Origin: Podarcis tiliguerta
Taxonomy: Eukaryota
Length of the DNA: 64,000 nt
NCBI GenBank assembly: GCA_965153285.1
Contig: OZ229110.1
Strand: one strand, 5' to 3'
Part shown: in pieces, positions 11,501 through 25,225 of the stretch
Numbering within the stretch: position 1 is the first letter of the stretch
Layout of the letters: the number at the start of each line of letters is the position of its first letter
Notes under the pieces: generated by a model
Told to the model about the DNA's origin: nothing
Database searches by the model: none
The model's input: only the letters and a program-made list of their open reading frames with translations
Made by a program: the position numbers and the translations under genes

Positions 11501-12417
11501 AACAGAGGCCTAGTAAGGCAGTATTTTCTGGAAGTCATTCAAACTGGTTATAGGGCCCCCAGCTGATGGACTTCCACAATGTGTTAATCCTTTAAAATGG
11601 ACTGTCTACTCTGGCAGTTCTGATACAGCTAAAGCAATTTAGCCTGTTTAATCTTGCACTTCCATCTTTCAGTGTTAATATTTTGTTTGACATCATACCC
11701 CTCCTGAAACGTCAACTGAAAAGATAATTAAAATTCTTTTCTAGTTAATAATTGAGGAATACGCCATTATTACTTTGTTTATGCTACATTTCACATTGTC
11801 CTACTGGTGGTGATATATAGTCATCATCATTAAATTAAATTAAACATCAGTTTCTTCCATTGCCAAGTTGATATTTGGCTGTTTCTTTTCTGTCTGAGTG
11901 AACTGCTAGTCTGCAGTACTGTAAGGTCAGTACCATAAGGTCAGCTCTGAAACTAGACTCTGTATAGCAAAGGTTAAATGTCTGAGTTTTCCCTTGGACA
12001 TATGGCTGCATGCCAGGAACTCTTCTCTAAGGGTGGCTAATTATGGAAGTGATTGAAAATGTTAAGGGTTCATGTTCTTGAAGGTGCTCTTCAAATCAGG
12101 TGCTCCTGGTATGAATTGGTATATGGTGGTAGCCTATCTTGTTCTCTGTACATCTAAAACCATATATTTGTACATGCAGACTTATTTCTCTGACTTTATT
12201 TAAGCTCTAGACAAAAGCTTCATAAATAAACAGCTTTGACCAAGAAGTTGTAACTGGTTCTAAGATATATTTATATGATATATGCTTATGGTGGAAAGAA
12301 ACCTGGGGCAGAGAGAGATGGAAATGTGGGTCTAGCACTTGAATAGGATTTTGTTTTGCTGGCTTTTTCAAGATCATTTTCTGGATGACCATATAGGCTG
12401 ATAATCCTAAATTAGCA

Positions 12418-12490
12418 TGGAGTAGACCCACTGAAATAAGTGGGCTTAAGTCCATTGATCTAAATGGGTCTACTTCTGAATGAGTAACAT
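12418..12490. repeat. Short palindromic interspersed repeat; related copies near 3030-3105 and 46075-46150
   Basis: agtagacccactgaaat...attgatctaaatgggtctact. Confidence 0.55.
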
Positions 12491-15400
12491 TTGATATCAC
12501 CCATAGTTGCTTTGAACAGTGTTTACCTTCCTCTTTAGCACAGCTTACTCAGTTGAGCCAAGTGATCTGTTCATTTTGTTCTGGGTTTTTTTTCCCCTGT
12601 TGCCCTATTTTAATACAGTTTCTGAAGCAGGGGATTAGCAAAATAAGGTTAAGTTACTTTTTGAAACTGCCTTCATGATTTTCTTACTCTGAATAATTCG
12701 TTTTAAACAGGACAAGTCTAGACAGTAGTAGAAGAAGATAAAACTTGGTATGGAAAACACAGAAATGGATAGTTTCAGAACAGAACCTTTTGTTGAAACT
12801 GTTGTCTAGATCATTCAGAAGAAAACGATGCAACATGTTTCAATTTAGGACCAATTTCTGCAGTAAACTCTTGCGTGCAGCTGTCTTCAGGTACAGGAAT
12901 ATGCAACACAGGGTGAATGGGGAAAACACTTAAGAGAACCTCTTTAGTGATTTGACATGGTACTTCAAATTCAACCAAAAGTAGCCCTTGCTCTTTTTAT
13001 TAGGAGCAAGTGTAAGTGTGTGCTTACTTGATGGATAAGGGGGCAAAATATGAAAAGTAGTCTTCAGGCACTTGGTGCTGCATAGCTCCCAAATAATACA
13101 GATCACCTGTCAAAAGCTTTTGTTATCACTATGTTGTGGAAATGGGCTCTACACATTTTCATCTGCCCAATCACCAGGCTTCCTTGGAATTTGGCAATGC
13201 AGATAATCACATGCTGACATCACTGCAAACCTACCTTAAGTCTGCCAGAATACTTGTTTTCATTTGTCCTACCACATAGCTAGTCTGGTCTTAATCTTTT
13301 AAAGGCAAACTTTGATGAATTCTTAAATCAGTTGAGAGGGATTAGAGGGTTACATCTTTTGATGTACATAAACATATTTACTTAGATCACTTAAGTTACA
13401 CCCCTATGTTTGGCTAGTTAAAACGTCTGAATGTTTGCAGTTCACTCAAATCACCTGAGATTATATAATAGAACGTCTACGACATACTGTTTTGCCTTGG
13501 GTCTTTTCAGTAGTTGGGACAGCACTTGATGACACAACACATTCCATGGTTCCCCTCTAAAGCTAAAAGAATATCAAACAATATCCTGGCTTCCATCTCT
13601 GTTTTAGCTTCAATTATACTTGTTTTCTTGTTGCACAAGTATTTGAATAAATGTTTTAACAACAAGCTATGTTTTTATATTTAATGAGAATATGGCTTGT
13701 TTTAAAAGCAACGCAACAACAATATGTTCTAAGGATATTGACTCTGGCCTTTGCTTATTTCTTAGCTGTCATTTTAGAACCTGCGGGAATTTGTTAACCT
13801 GAGTTTTGATGTCTTTATTTGGGCTCGCCTTACAAATTGTATACATCTAGCAGCATGTATCAGCGTAACTGTCTGTATGCCTGTTCATTCTTCAGAAATA
13901 TGCATATAATTCAAGTTGAAATTGCTAAAAGTTAAAAACCAGTAATTATGTAAAAGTGGGATTTTCCAGGATGTTTTGGGGCCCCTTGTCCCATAAGAAT
14001 GTCTTATTAAAATCTGTATTATTATTATACTTTTAATATAATAGAAAATTAATAATGCCAATGTTTGGAGAGGTGTTTTTGTTTTGTTTTTGGGATAAAA
14101 GCTTCATGGGGGGAACTCAGATGATACGCAAATGTTTAGAATCAGCAATGTGCAGAACTCTGAGCTGTAATAATGTTTTGTGTTCAAATAATTTTTGGTT
14201 TAAATTGCTCAACATTTGTTATGCAGAAGGGTTTATTCATCTGACACCAGTTTTCAGTGTTCCTTACATATGATACCACGCCTATACATACTCAAGAGAA
14301 GAGCAGAAAGACTAGGGAGCAATGATCAACATAACGGACATTAGCGTCAGACTTTGAACTTTGTTGGACATGAACCCAAGACAAGAATGGAAATGAGAGC
14401 AAATAAAAATCATCTGGTGTTCACTGAAATTGGTAATTGGACTTTAAAAGCATTGAAGAAATGAAATGGTGATACTCATCCGTCATTAATTTTATTCTGA
14501 AGATAAGAAGCTTATATCCATTTAACGAAAAGAAAATGAAAGCAGGAAGAGTGAAATACTGAAAATGAATCAACAATGTATCCTCATAAAGTGAAATCCC
14601 AAGTCTGGAGTCAGAAGTTCCAATCAGAGACTGTGATTCCTTCCATAAAGTTGTTTTGGCTTGAAGATCCCCCAGTGTGAATGAAGCAGCAGCAAGACAG
14701 AGCGGATTCAGAAAGGACAGCATGAACAGACGTTTTCCATACTTTGCTTACTATTGCTGAGTGGACACAATTGCTGCAGGTGGGCTGGTCAGGAAACTGC
14801 TGGGATGGACCCCTACACACTTTCTACATACTAAGTGCTATTTGGGGCAGTGGGAACACCTCAAAAGCAAAAAGAATGGACTGATAATTGTGAAAGAGAC
14901 TGTAAGAAGAAGAGTTTTAATGTTAAGAGAACACATGGATGGCGGCAAATTCAAGCTGCATATGAAACCTGTGGGGCTCTTTGAGTTGGTGTGTTAAGGT
15001 AAAATACAATTTTTATACTAGAGTGCTGTTGCTAATTCTTGCTAGGTTTGATATAATTGTGATGTTTGGAACCTACACAGTTTATTGAATACTTTCTTAA
15101 AATATATTTGTAGATTAGTAACGGTAGTGATTAAGACAGGGCATTCATTTTTATAAAATTTCAAGTCCTCAATGTAAGGAAACTCTTCAGACAGTGTTGT
15201 CTGTGAGGAGACAAGCGAAAAACTTGTAGATTTGACTGTGCAATGTGAATTCGTGGATGTGAGTGTTTGGAAGGAAAGGCTTTAATAAGGAAAGACCATC
15301 TTGTGCATGGCAAACATTTGGGGTTTCATGTGAACTTGGTGATAAAAAATGACTGTAGATATTTTATATGATGGTTGATGCAAAAGCAAAAGCAGTATTT

Positions 15401-15908
15401 GTATAAAAAATAAACTAGTGTTTCATTGTTTGTAGCTCAACTCAGTGCTCCTCAAACAATAACCAGAGCTAGTAATCTGACAGAAGCATTCTGTGTTTTC
15501 ATTAAAACATTTTGAATTTGGGGGTCTATCCAAAGTAAAGTTTGAGTGGCTGAGAGCTAAACCTGTGTTCAAGGACGATGTTTCTTCGTTGTGATAGTTA
15601 GCTAATGTGTTAGTTAGCTAACACTTGAAAGCTCTATGGTTGCTTTTAAAATATTTGTTGGTTCAAGTTCACAGTCGCACTCTGTGAGAAGATGGGCAGA
15701 ACCTCCTTAGGTTGGGAAAGTGCAATAGATTATTAAGCAACTTAGAAGTTCATGGGTACACCTTTTGGAATGTTATGTCTGAAAATTAACCTGTTATAAC
15801 ATACTTTAGTTTTTTAGCCTCAAATACCTTTGCATTCAGATTGTCATGACCTACAAAACTCCTCAGAGGTAGAAGGGGCTGATTCTGTGACTGAATCTTA
15901 TTGTACAG

Positions 15909-16111
15909 GTCCCAGCAGAGATGGCACCATTAGCGAAGATACCATTCGAGCTTCGCTTATTTCAGCAGTCAGTGATAAGTTGAGATGGAGAATGAAAGAG
16001 GAAATGGACCGTGCCCAGGCAGAGCTCAATGCCTTGAAGCGCACAGAGGAAGACTTGAAAAAAGGTCACCAAAAGCTTGAAGAGATGGTAACTCGCCTAG
16101 ACCAGGAAGTG
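15909..16111 (+). CDS. TSG101: TSG101 coding exon 8 (coiled coil)
   Basis: tacag acceptor; GPSRDGTISEDTIRASLISAVSDKLRWRMKEEMDRAQAELNALKRTEEDLKKGHQKLEEMVTRLDQEV; gtaagc donor. Confidence 0.98.
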
Positions 16112-17039
16112 GTAAGCAAACGAAAAGGCTTGCCATATACCTTGTTTTTTTTCCCCCTTTTAAGCAATTAAAAGCATTGGGCTCATGACTTCCCATGTCT
16201 TTTCAAACCACAACGATGCTTTTTTGGTTGCTCAAAGCAGCTGGAACATTTCCTTCCTTGCAGTAGATTCTGCTGCCTGTAGCTCTTTGAATCCATTGTG
16301 TGGTAGGTAAGACAGTTATAGGAAATGAAAAATTTAGCCCTTTTCTTTCTAGCCATCTATTCCTCACCACTGATTCATTATTTGCAAGCGAGGATAGTGG
16401 TCTTAAAACTGCAGAGACTTTACAATTATTTGTCCTGTGTCTGTGGTTATTTACAAGGTCAATAGCGCAGGAATGGTGAAATTTTGAGAACATCCAAATA
16501 AGCAGTTAAATGCTGTTCTTGTACATAAATACTCTTAAAGTGTTACAGAGCAATCCTACTGAGGCAAAGAAACTGCCACACCCAAAGTCCTGCCGGCCTT
16601 CTGCTGGCAGGGCAGAAGGTGGTGTTGTAGCACCCATCCTGGTTTTTTCCTTTTTGTAACTACCCTGTCCTTTGCCCACTCTGCCTACCGCCATGTTTTC
16701 CCGTCTAGTGCCAAAAGGACAGGAAACTGAGTACACCAGCTTCAGGACCATGTACTCCCCCCCCTCCCCCGTTCCAGAGGTATGTAATGGGAACAGGAGA
16801 GTTTGGGATTCAGTGGATCCCAAGTTTCCCCAGGCAGACACCTTTTTTGCCATTATTGCCCTCAGAGCAGTGTGGGGGTAATTTCTTCACATGCAATGGG
16901 AGGTGTTTGAGGGCAGGAGGGAAACCTCTTTCCTGTGGTGCCTGGGACTCCCTTCCATGGACTTTAAAATGAAATTTAGGGTGTTGATTAAATAGGTATC
17001 AAGGCATCTTAAAACAAACCTATATTTTTTTTATTTTAG

Positions 17040-17279
17040 GCTGAAGTTGACAAGAACATTGACCTCCTGAAAAAGAAAGATGAAGAGCTGAGTTCTGCCT
17101 TGGAAAAAATGGAGAGTCAGTCAGAAAATAATGACATAGACGAAGTTATTGTTCCTACAGCGCCACTTTACAAACAAATTCTGAACTTGTATGCTGAGGA
17201 AAATGCCATTGAAGATACCATCTTTTACCTGGGTGAAGCATTGAGACGTGGAGTTATTGATCTTGATATCTTTCTAAAG
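17040..17279 (+). CDS. TSG101: TSG101 coding exon 9 (PTAP motif, Vps23 core)
   Basis: ttttag acceptor; AEVDKNIDLLKKKDEELSSALEK...VPTAPLYKQILNLYAEENAIEDTIFYLGEALRRGVIDLDIFLK; gtaggt donor. Confidence 0.98.
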
Positions 17280-17749
17280 GTAGGTTTGAGTAAATATTCA
17301 AAGGTACATTCATGTAGTTTTTCAGGTCCACTGAAACCAATAGTTGTGTTCCTAGTTCTTAACTCTAATGCTTCTTCAAATGTAGGGAAGAAGGGAGGGT
17401 TTTCAAGTGCATTGGATGGTACCAGAGTGTGACTGTTGTTATCTCTCTCACACATCATCAAAACTGTAGTTTAGAACCTTACACACCTGACAGCCAGGAA
17501 GATATAAGCCTGTAGAACAGAATAACTTGTCTTCCCATGATGAGTTGGACCACTGTGTATATATTCTTGTTGTAGCAGGTCTGAGTGAGGCGTTTAATGC
17601 ACTGTCTGGTCAGGTTTTGTAGGATCAGTTTCAGCTTTTGGGTCTTGAGGAAGTGCTTGTAGCTGTATGGCCAACCAAATGCCCTCTTTACCTTTTCCCA
17701 TTTTGGCTGATTCAGGTTATTGTGTGGGTGACTGCATGTGTCTAGTAAA

Positions 17750-17883
17750 CAGTTTCTGAAGCTTTGGTCTTCAGCTGTTGTTGGACTACAATTCCCATCA
17801 TCCCTAGCTGGCAGTACCAGTTGTCAAGGATTATGGGAGTTGTAGTCCAACAACAGCTGGGGCCCCAAGTTTCAGAAACACTG
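17750..17883. mobile_element. Palindromic MITE of about 135 bp (hAT-like, CAG...CTG ends), family A
   Basis: Foldback core ggactacaattcccatcatccct...gattatgggagttgtagtcc; related copies elsewhere in the window. Confidence 0.8.
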
Positions 17884-18158
17884 GTATATGTTACATGCAC
17901 CATTACACAAAATTAATTTATAAGAATCTAAAAATGTCAAAATTGACACCATTGAAATTATTGGGACATACAGTCGAAGAGAAAATGCCATTCAAAATGG
18001 TATCTTACTTTTCAAGTTGTCTTTAAAGTCAAAATCCGGACCTAAATATTCATTTATCAGTAACAAAGATACCCCATTGAAGTTGATCAAGTTAAAATGT
18101 TATAACTTCTGCCGGATCATGTTCAGATGATTTACTCTGGCCTGATTTTTCTTTTCAG

Positions 18159-18248
18159 CATGTCCGCCTCTTGTCTCGCAAGCAGTTTCAGCTGCGGGCA
18201 CTTATGCAGAAAGCAAGGAAAACGGCAGGACTCAGTGATCTCTACTGA
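18159..18248 (+). CDS. TSG101: TSG101 last coding exon (steadiness box)
   Basis: cttttcag acceptor; HVRLLSRKQFQLRALMQKARKTAGLSDLY*. Confidence 0.98.
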   Translation, partial: HVRLLSRKQFQLRALMQKARKTAGLSDLY

Positions 18249-18605
18249 CCCATGGCTTAGGGAAGAGTGGTGTAGTCCAAGTGGTCATATCCTCATTTAT
18301 TTTTTCCTTTTAATCAGTAAGTGGCCAGAATAAGTTATTACATCATTCAACTTGTAAAATATTTTGAATGGATAATATATTTTCTTTTTTTCTTTTTGGT
18401 AAGGACTAGCTTTATTAATGCACTTTCTATTCTCTGTAAACCTTTTGCATTTGTGGGCTGATGGCTAAATGAAATTTGTTGTGTTAACACTTTTTGGGGG
18501 GTGCTACAGACATTTGTGTAACGAATGCCACTGCTGTAGTCTCAAGTTTGTCTAATGTAGAATGTAGCTGGAAACTTCATACGTGTACTTTCAAGATTAA
18601 TTTAT

Positions 18606-18611
18606 AATAAA
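18606..18611 (+). terminator. Candidate TSG101 poly(A) signal (another at 18687-18692)
   Basis: AATAAA followed by a GT-rich tract at about 18644-18658. Confidence 0.55.
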
Positions 18612-19073
18612 AGCGTAGAAGTTAGTAGCAGGTTGGGATAAAATGTGTGTTTGTTTTCTAGTCTCATCCTCTGCATACTTATACAGAATAAATAAGGCCC
18701 ATTTTGTTCAGGGGGACTATGTATGCTTAGAATTGCGGATCAGTTATCAGCCCCCCTATTCACAATAACGTTGCTAGTTTAGTCAGTTATAGTGCACATT
18801 GTCCATTGGATCAGATTTAGTCTTGGGGACCATTACCATAATGCACTGTTGGTTAACTTGCACCCTCTGACTTTCATTTTAGCGGTATTTGGGAGCGGGA
18901 GGGAGTCATTAATCCTTGTTGATTTACTTTAACACAGATCTGTTCTCTGCCCACCCTGGCTTACATGCACCCTTTATTGCCATGCGTCTATTAACTGCTG
19001 TACAAAACCTGGAGATTGAAGATTAGTCATGTTTACGGCCGACCATATAGACACGCGAAGTAGCAGTTAACTG

Positions 19074-19079
19074 TTTATT
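19074..19079 (-). terminator. Candidate LDHA poly(A) signal (another at 18973-18978)
   Basis: tttatt on + equals AATAAA on -, about 610 nt after the LDHA stop. Confidence 0.6.
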
Positions 19080-19689
19080 TTGTTGCTTGGGCTGGTACTA
19101 CAGTTAGACAATTGCATCAGTTGTAATTGTTGCATACAGAGGGTTTTTTTACATAACATTTAAGACACTCCTCTAGAGTTCACATGGTTCTCTTGAAAAG
19201 TATGCACAAAGACTAAGGAAAAAGGACATTTAGAACTGCTCAATACTGGAGATTTAAGTCATCTGTTAAGCAGAGAATATTGGTCAGTGAATCTGCCAAT
19301 CCTTTTTGATCACAAAATATTCTTTGGTTTTCTACAGCTTTTGGAAGACCAATTGAGCTCTTCTCTTCTGAGTGACTAAAGTTTAGCTGAGGAAAGGCAG
19401 GAAGCTTCCATTTGGCAGTGTTGTTTCAGAGCATGCTGGATCTACTTTTACACCACTTAACAAGAGACTAGGTTCTTCCAGTTCTGGCCACAGACAGGGG
19501 TTGTGGTAAACAGGAGCTGCAAGTTTCCTACTGGATAAAATAGGCATTTCATTTGCAAATTTAGCTCTGCATTGTGTTGGTAGTTGACACACATCGTAAA
19601 GGGAGTTGATCTATCTGAAAAGTGCAACAAGACAATCCACTAAGACCCATTAAACACTAGTTAAGCGGTGAAGTGATAGGACATCAGGC

Positions 19690-19854
19690 TTAAAACTGAA
19701 GTTCCTTCTGGATCCCCCAGAGTGTATCTGCACTCTTCCTCAACTTGTCTTCCTCTTCGCTCTTCAGGGTCATTTTCACCACGTCGGTAATTCCTGAGTA
19801 GCCCAGGACACAAGGAACACTAAGGAAGACGTCATCTTTAATTCCATGCATGCC
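19690..19854 (-). CDS. LDHA: LDHA last coding exon
   Basis: [54 protein letters not shown]; the QKELQF end is the LDH-A type C-terminus. Confidence 0.98.
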   Translation of the reverse strand, partial: GMHGIKDDVFLSVPCVLGYSGITDVVKMTLKSEEEDKLRKSADTLWGIQKELQF

Positions 19855-20220
19855 CTAGAAGAACAGTAAAAAGAAAGACTTAAGCCAATTAAATAATGTG
19901 TTGATTTGCATGTAATAAATGCTTTCCCCATTAGCGGGAAGGGGGAGGAAGTGCCATCCTTGCAGGGAGAATGTATGAGTTTGGGTAGCCCGTGAGGTGC
20001 TCTACAGATCCATCAACTCCATGCAGGATGGCCCATCAACAACTGGAGGGCACAACCTTGGCCACCTGTGATCTGGAAGATGGGCTGGTTTTGCTAAGGT
20101 GTTGACTTCCCTTCTTGACAAGCAGCTTTTCATCCGCATGAGGAAAGCAATTGTCTGTTTCTTATTTAAAGCAAACTCATTTACTTGCTTTGGCAGCTAC
20201 TGCCTCTGTTAGCTTCACTA

Positions 20221-20454
<234 letters not shown>

Positions 20455-21463
20455 TTAAAAGAAACATGTCTATTAAGCAACAGCATAGCTGTCCATCTAT
20501 ACTTCAGGTGAAGTCCATCTGAGCCTACTTATCCTCTATCTCCAAACGGCATCTGTTGCAGGCATTCGATCTATTAATTTTTTATTCTTACAAGCAAGCT
20601 ACTAGCCTTTCTCTGTAGAGATGTTGGTGCCTGCATGGAGTAGCTTTGCTTGCATGTTTTGTCAAGCCATAGTTAATATTTAAACATGAAATACATATGA
20701 GCAGCATGCTCAAAGTCCTTGCTTTGCTCCTTCTCCCTTCCTGGCCACACCATTTGGGGGTGGAGGCGAGGAGAGAATCTACCAGCCTTGGCTTGTCAGG
20801 TTGTCTAAGCAAAGCTAGTCAATGGTTTGTTTGGAAATATGCAAACCAGGGTTCAGATTATATGGTACAACAAGCCACAGCTTGTGGTTGTTGCATGTAG
20901 CACAAGCAAGAATGAGGGAGAAGCAATCTGGATTTTTGAACGCCTACACTAACAAGCTGCTAATTCACATTTCATGATAGTTAAACATTAACATTAACTA
21001 TTACCTAGCATGTTACGTGAACCAGGGCAGTTTGTAAATGGATCAGTCCTTCAGGAATGTGAAATGTATGCACAATTTACTTTATTTCGCTTTCAAAACA
21101 TTCAAATTCCATAGTGCAGAATATAGTGATTGCTATATAGTATCTATCAACAAAGAGAAATTAACTGCTAAACAGTGGTTTCCAACATTGGAAAAGCACT
21201 CTTCAGTAATCTGGCACTGTAAACAGCACTCTAAATCAATATTTCTTAAAAACTAGACAACTGGAGATTATATTGTAGGAAAACGAAGGGGGTTTGGTCC
21301 AAAGTTAAGTGCATGTCATGGGGCAAAAATGCTCCTTTAAGGATCAGGGGACCTCGATGAAGCAATGTAGGCTGTGGCATCCTTGAAAATGAGACACAGG
21401 CAATTTCTGGAAGCTCAGTGGAACCCCATTTCCTCTCTCTCACAGAGACGAGATAAAGATTAC

Positions 21464-21581
21464 CTTTCTACCACATGCTTGTGGACTTCTTTCCAGTTCT
21501 CCTTGTCACTATCAGACCCCATGTCTGGATGCAAAGTTTTCAAAGAGACGCCAGCAACATTCACGCCACTCCAGACAGGCA
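21464..21581 (-). CDS. LDHA: LDHA coding exon 5
   Basis: [39 protein letters not shown]; GT-AG; 118 nt. Confidence 0.98.
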
Positions 21582-22822
21582 CTGAATAAAATGCAGGAGA
21601 TTTTTCTGAGCAATCTAGAACGTTTTCCAACCTCACAGAAAGTAAGATTCACAAGTGTTTCGAACAGATCTGAGCTGGGCAGTTAATGTAGCATGATATA
21701 CCAAGTACCGTTTTATAATTACTAAGAATCTTGCTACGCACACATACCTTTCCCTTAAACTTTGGCTAACAGGCAGTGGAGATGGATCCTTGTGCTCATC
21801 CATGCTGGATTAGCCACTGACCTGTTCCTTTTAACTCATAAACCCAGGGAAAAGGGTGGGTTTTCGTCCTGCTGTGGCTATGCACACACATCTTCCTAAA
21901 ATGGTCCATAGCCCTTGGGGTAGAAGAAAGACTGCAAAAGTGCTGTGACCACACGCACAGGGCTTGGCAACCATATACTGCATATAATCTGTCATTCAAG
22001 GATGAGTGTGGCGGCGGCAGCTGCTCACCTAAGGCAAGCAAGCAGCCAAGTCCACAGCTGAGGGCCAGATTCAAGTAATGAAGCCTGCTAATGGAAGCTC
22101 GTGCAAGGACTTGTGCTAGCGCACTGTGGCTTTCCCCTCTACCTCCCCACCACCACCACCAATTGGCTTGGGGTGTCAGAGAGGGAGAGAAACCCCAGAA
22201 CAGTGCACTCGGGAGGGGAGAGGGGATTGTGCTTATATTCACGGCTATGAGACGGGATAGAGGAGTAGTAGAGTGGAATCTGAGTTTATGCATCAAAGCA
22301 GAATTCTAGTGGCAGCATTGGTGCAGGGCTGTATGAGATCACACAACTCCCAAATATAGGACGACAGAGGGGCCAAGACAAGTAACTTGTAACTGCTTTA
22401 CTGAACACCAGCATGCAAGGGTCTCTGACATGAAAAGGATTTACTGTGAACTCCCCAGTTAGGAGTAAAGGGTAGAATTTAGCCTGGTAGGGTTTGGCCT
22501 ACTTGGATTACAAAGCTGACCTTTTGCAACAGAACTGCTCAAGTCAAATATAGACCATCTAGTGTTACTTCATGCAGTAGGGACAGCTAGATTATATTCC
22601 TAACTTCCATACAGAGGGAAGAGTATGGAAACCTCTCTGTGGGTTTGCCCAGCACCTAAGTCTGATGTGGTCAACGATTCTATAGCAGTCTTCAAATTTC
22701 CAAAAAGCTGTCATTTGTTGGATTCCAACTCCCCATCAGCCCATCATGGTCAATGATCCTGGTCAATGATAAGAGCTGTAGTTCAGCAATGTCCAGAGAA
22801 AACTATGTTACCTAACCCAGTG

Positions 22823-23030
22823 TTAGGAGATGCTTCCTAATGGTATGAATTCCTCAGCAATGGAACACTGCCTCCGGAGGCGATGGGCTCTCCTTCATTG
22901 CAGGCATTTAAGTAGATAATGGAATGTCCATCAGGGATGCTGTACATGCACCCTGCATTGGAGGATCCAGCATTAAGCAGGGGATTAGCCTAAATTAACT
23001 CAAAGGTTCCTTCTAACTCTACGATTCTAC
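22823..23030 (+). mobile_element. CR1 LINE 3' fragment
   Basis: Degenerate CR1 3' end ending aggttccttctaactctacgattctac. Confidence 0.65.
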
Positions 23031-23075
23031 ACTCAAGAGCTAGATCTGGGAAATGCTCGATTACTCTCCTTTTCA

Positions 23076-23393
<318 letters not shown>

Positions 23394-25051
23394 TCACCTG
23401 GTTAGAAAGTGATTGTCATATGCACTATTGAAGACAAACACGCTTCGAGAGCACTGGGAATCTGCAATCCTTCTCCACAGGCTGTTTAATTTCATCTCCT
23501 ATTCTACACAAGGCTACCTTAATGATGAAACGCCAAAACCATCCTGGCTCCAGGCAGCAGTTGAAGGGCAGAGGGAATATTGAAGTGCTTCTTTACAATC
23601 CTCTCATTTTAATATGAGGTGCTCAGGCAAGAGTGATGGTTCTGTACTATGGTTCTGACTTTCCTAGTAGACCCCGTGAGTTAACAGCACCATTCCAGAA
23701 TTATCTGTGTCTTACAGAGGACTCAGGGAGAGATATCTCACTTGGGACCAGGACATGCAGGCATGACTGAAGCAGGACTTACCATCCTGCAAGTATCCCA
23801 ACAACTCCCCAAGCTCTTATCCAGCAGAGCAACCAAAGCTCTTTCCTTTTGCCAAAGTCTCTAGTTTAACTTCCTGAACTTCTGCATCCAGACATCATGG
23901 TAAACTATGGCTTATTGGGGTCAAAGCAAGACTTGGGCTTGCACCTGTTCCCATCTTCTCCAGCCCCGAGAATAAGTTTGGAAGCCTTCACTTCCTTATT
24001 AACTACAGTTTATTTGTTCTTCTGAACCCATCAAAAAGAAAGCTTCCAACCTCATAGCCACAAGGGCTGGGCATGGGAACATGACAACAGGGCTCATAGG
24101 AATTCAAGAGCTGCCTTACAGAGTTGGGGCCATGGTCCATCCAGCTTGGCATTGCCAAGGAATCTTTCTTGGTTCTATCTGGAGCTGTCAGGGTTTGAAC
24201 CTTCAACTTTCCTACGTTAGGAACACACGCTTCAACACTGAGCTATGGTCCATCCACCATGATTTACCAGGGCATCTGAATGCAGCCACTGTGCAAATAG
24301 ATCAGAGAAGAGTGTGCAAGTGCGTTGGCACAGAGAGTAATATGGTGTAAATGGGCTATTAGCTAGGTAGTAGGCAAAGCACCTAATTTTACATGGGGAA
24401 AAGTTAGGCGTTTCCTGTAGACTGTACCCTAACAGTCAAACATGGAAGTACTGCTGTATTTCCCATGAGACAGTGGAATGATGTGATCTCTTAACAGATC
24501 TTAGCCATGAGTGTCACCACCATAGTTCCAATCATCGTAGATACTAGATAGCAAAATCATTCTTCAAATGAAGATCCTTATATAGCCAAAACAGCACCAC
24601 CCACACTCAGAAAGGAGTTATGAGCAAGTTTATGGAACCCAGAAGTCCATGAAATCTTTAGAAAAGGGAGGATGTAACCTGGAGCAGCCCAATGAAAGAC
24701 AGCATCATCAGTGGGCATGGAATGATGATTGGCTGCTGAGTAGATAGGGTGGGGACATGGGAAGAGGTAAGAGAATGGGGTATTCTGCGAAAGGGCATGG
24801 CTGAATGGAACCCTGAACAGGAGCACTCCATGGGGCGATATTTAGTTGCAGGTCCCACTTCAGAATCGAAACTTAAGTGTTAAACCATGATGCCCTGGTG
24901 GAATAGATATTTTCCTTTTCATGGCTAAGGGAAAACTTGGAATGCTTTCAGGATTCCCCGATTTCCTTCTTGGAAGCAAGGAATTTCTCCTTTCAAAGGC
25001 CTGGAGGGTGAATTATGGTCCATAAGCAGTTAAGAGTAGGACACAACCAAC

Positions 25052-25225
25052 CTGGATTTGAAACAACAAGCAGCTTGCAGTCAGGACTGTACTTGACAAT
25101 GCTGGGAATGATGAATTTGAAGATGTTCACGTTGCGCTGAACCAAGTTAAGGCGAGACTCGCCTTCTTGCTGGCGGGCTCCAGCAGTGATGATGACCAGC
25201 TTGGAGTGTGCAGTCACAGCATAGT
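25052..25225 (-). CDS. LDHA: LDHA coding exon 3
   Basis: [58 protein letters not shown]; 174 nt. Confidence 0.98.

Noticed and set aside
14280-15420. Purine-rich, coding-like stretch in TSG101 intron 7
   Set aside because: The frames I read are interrupted and show no recognisable motif; possibly an old transposon relic but unsupported
19684-19692. LDHB-style stop-codon readthrough to a peroxisomal signal
   Set aside because: Stop is TAA followed by GCC TGA; no readthrough context and no SKL-like extension
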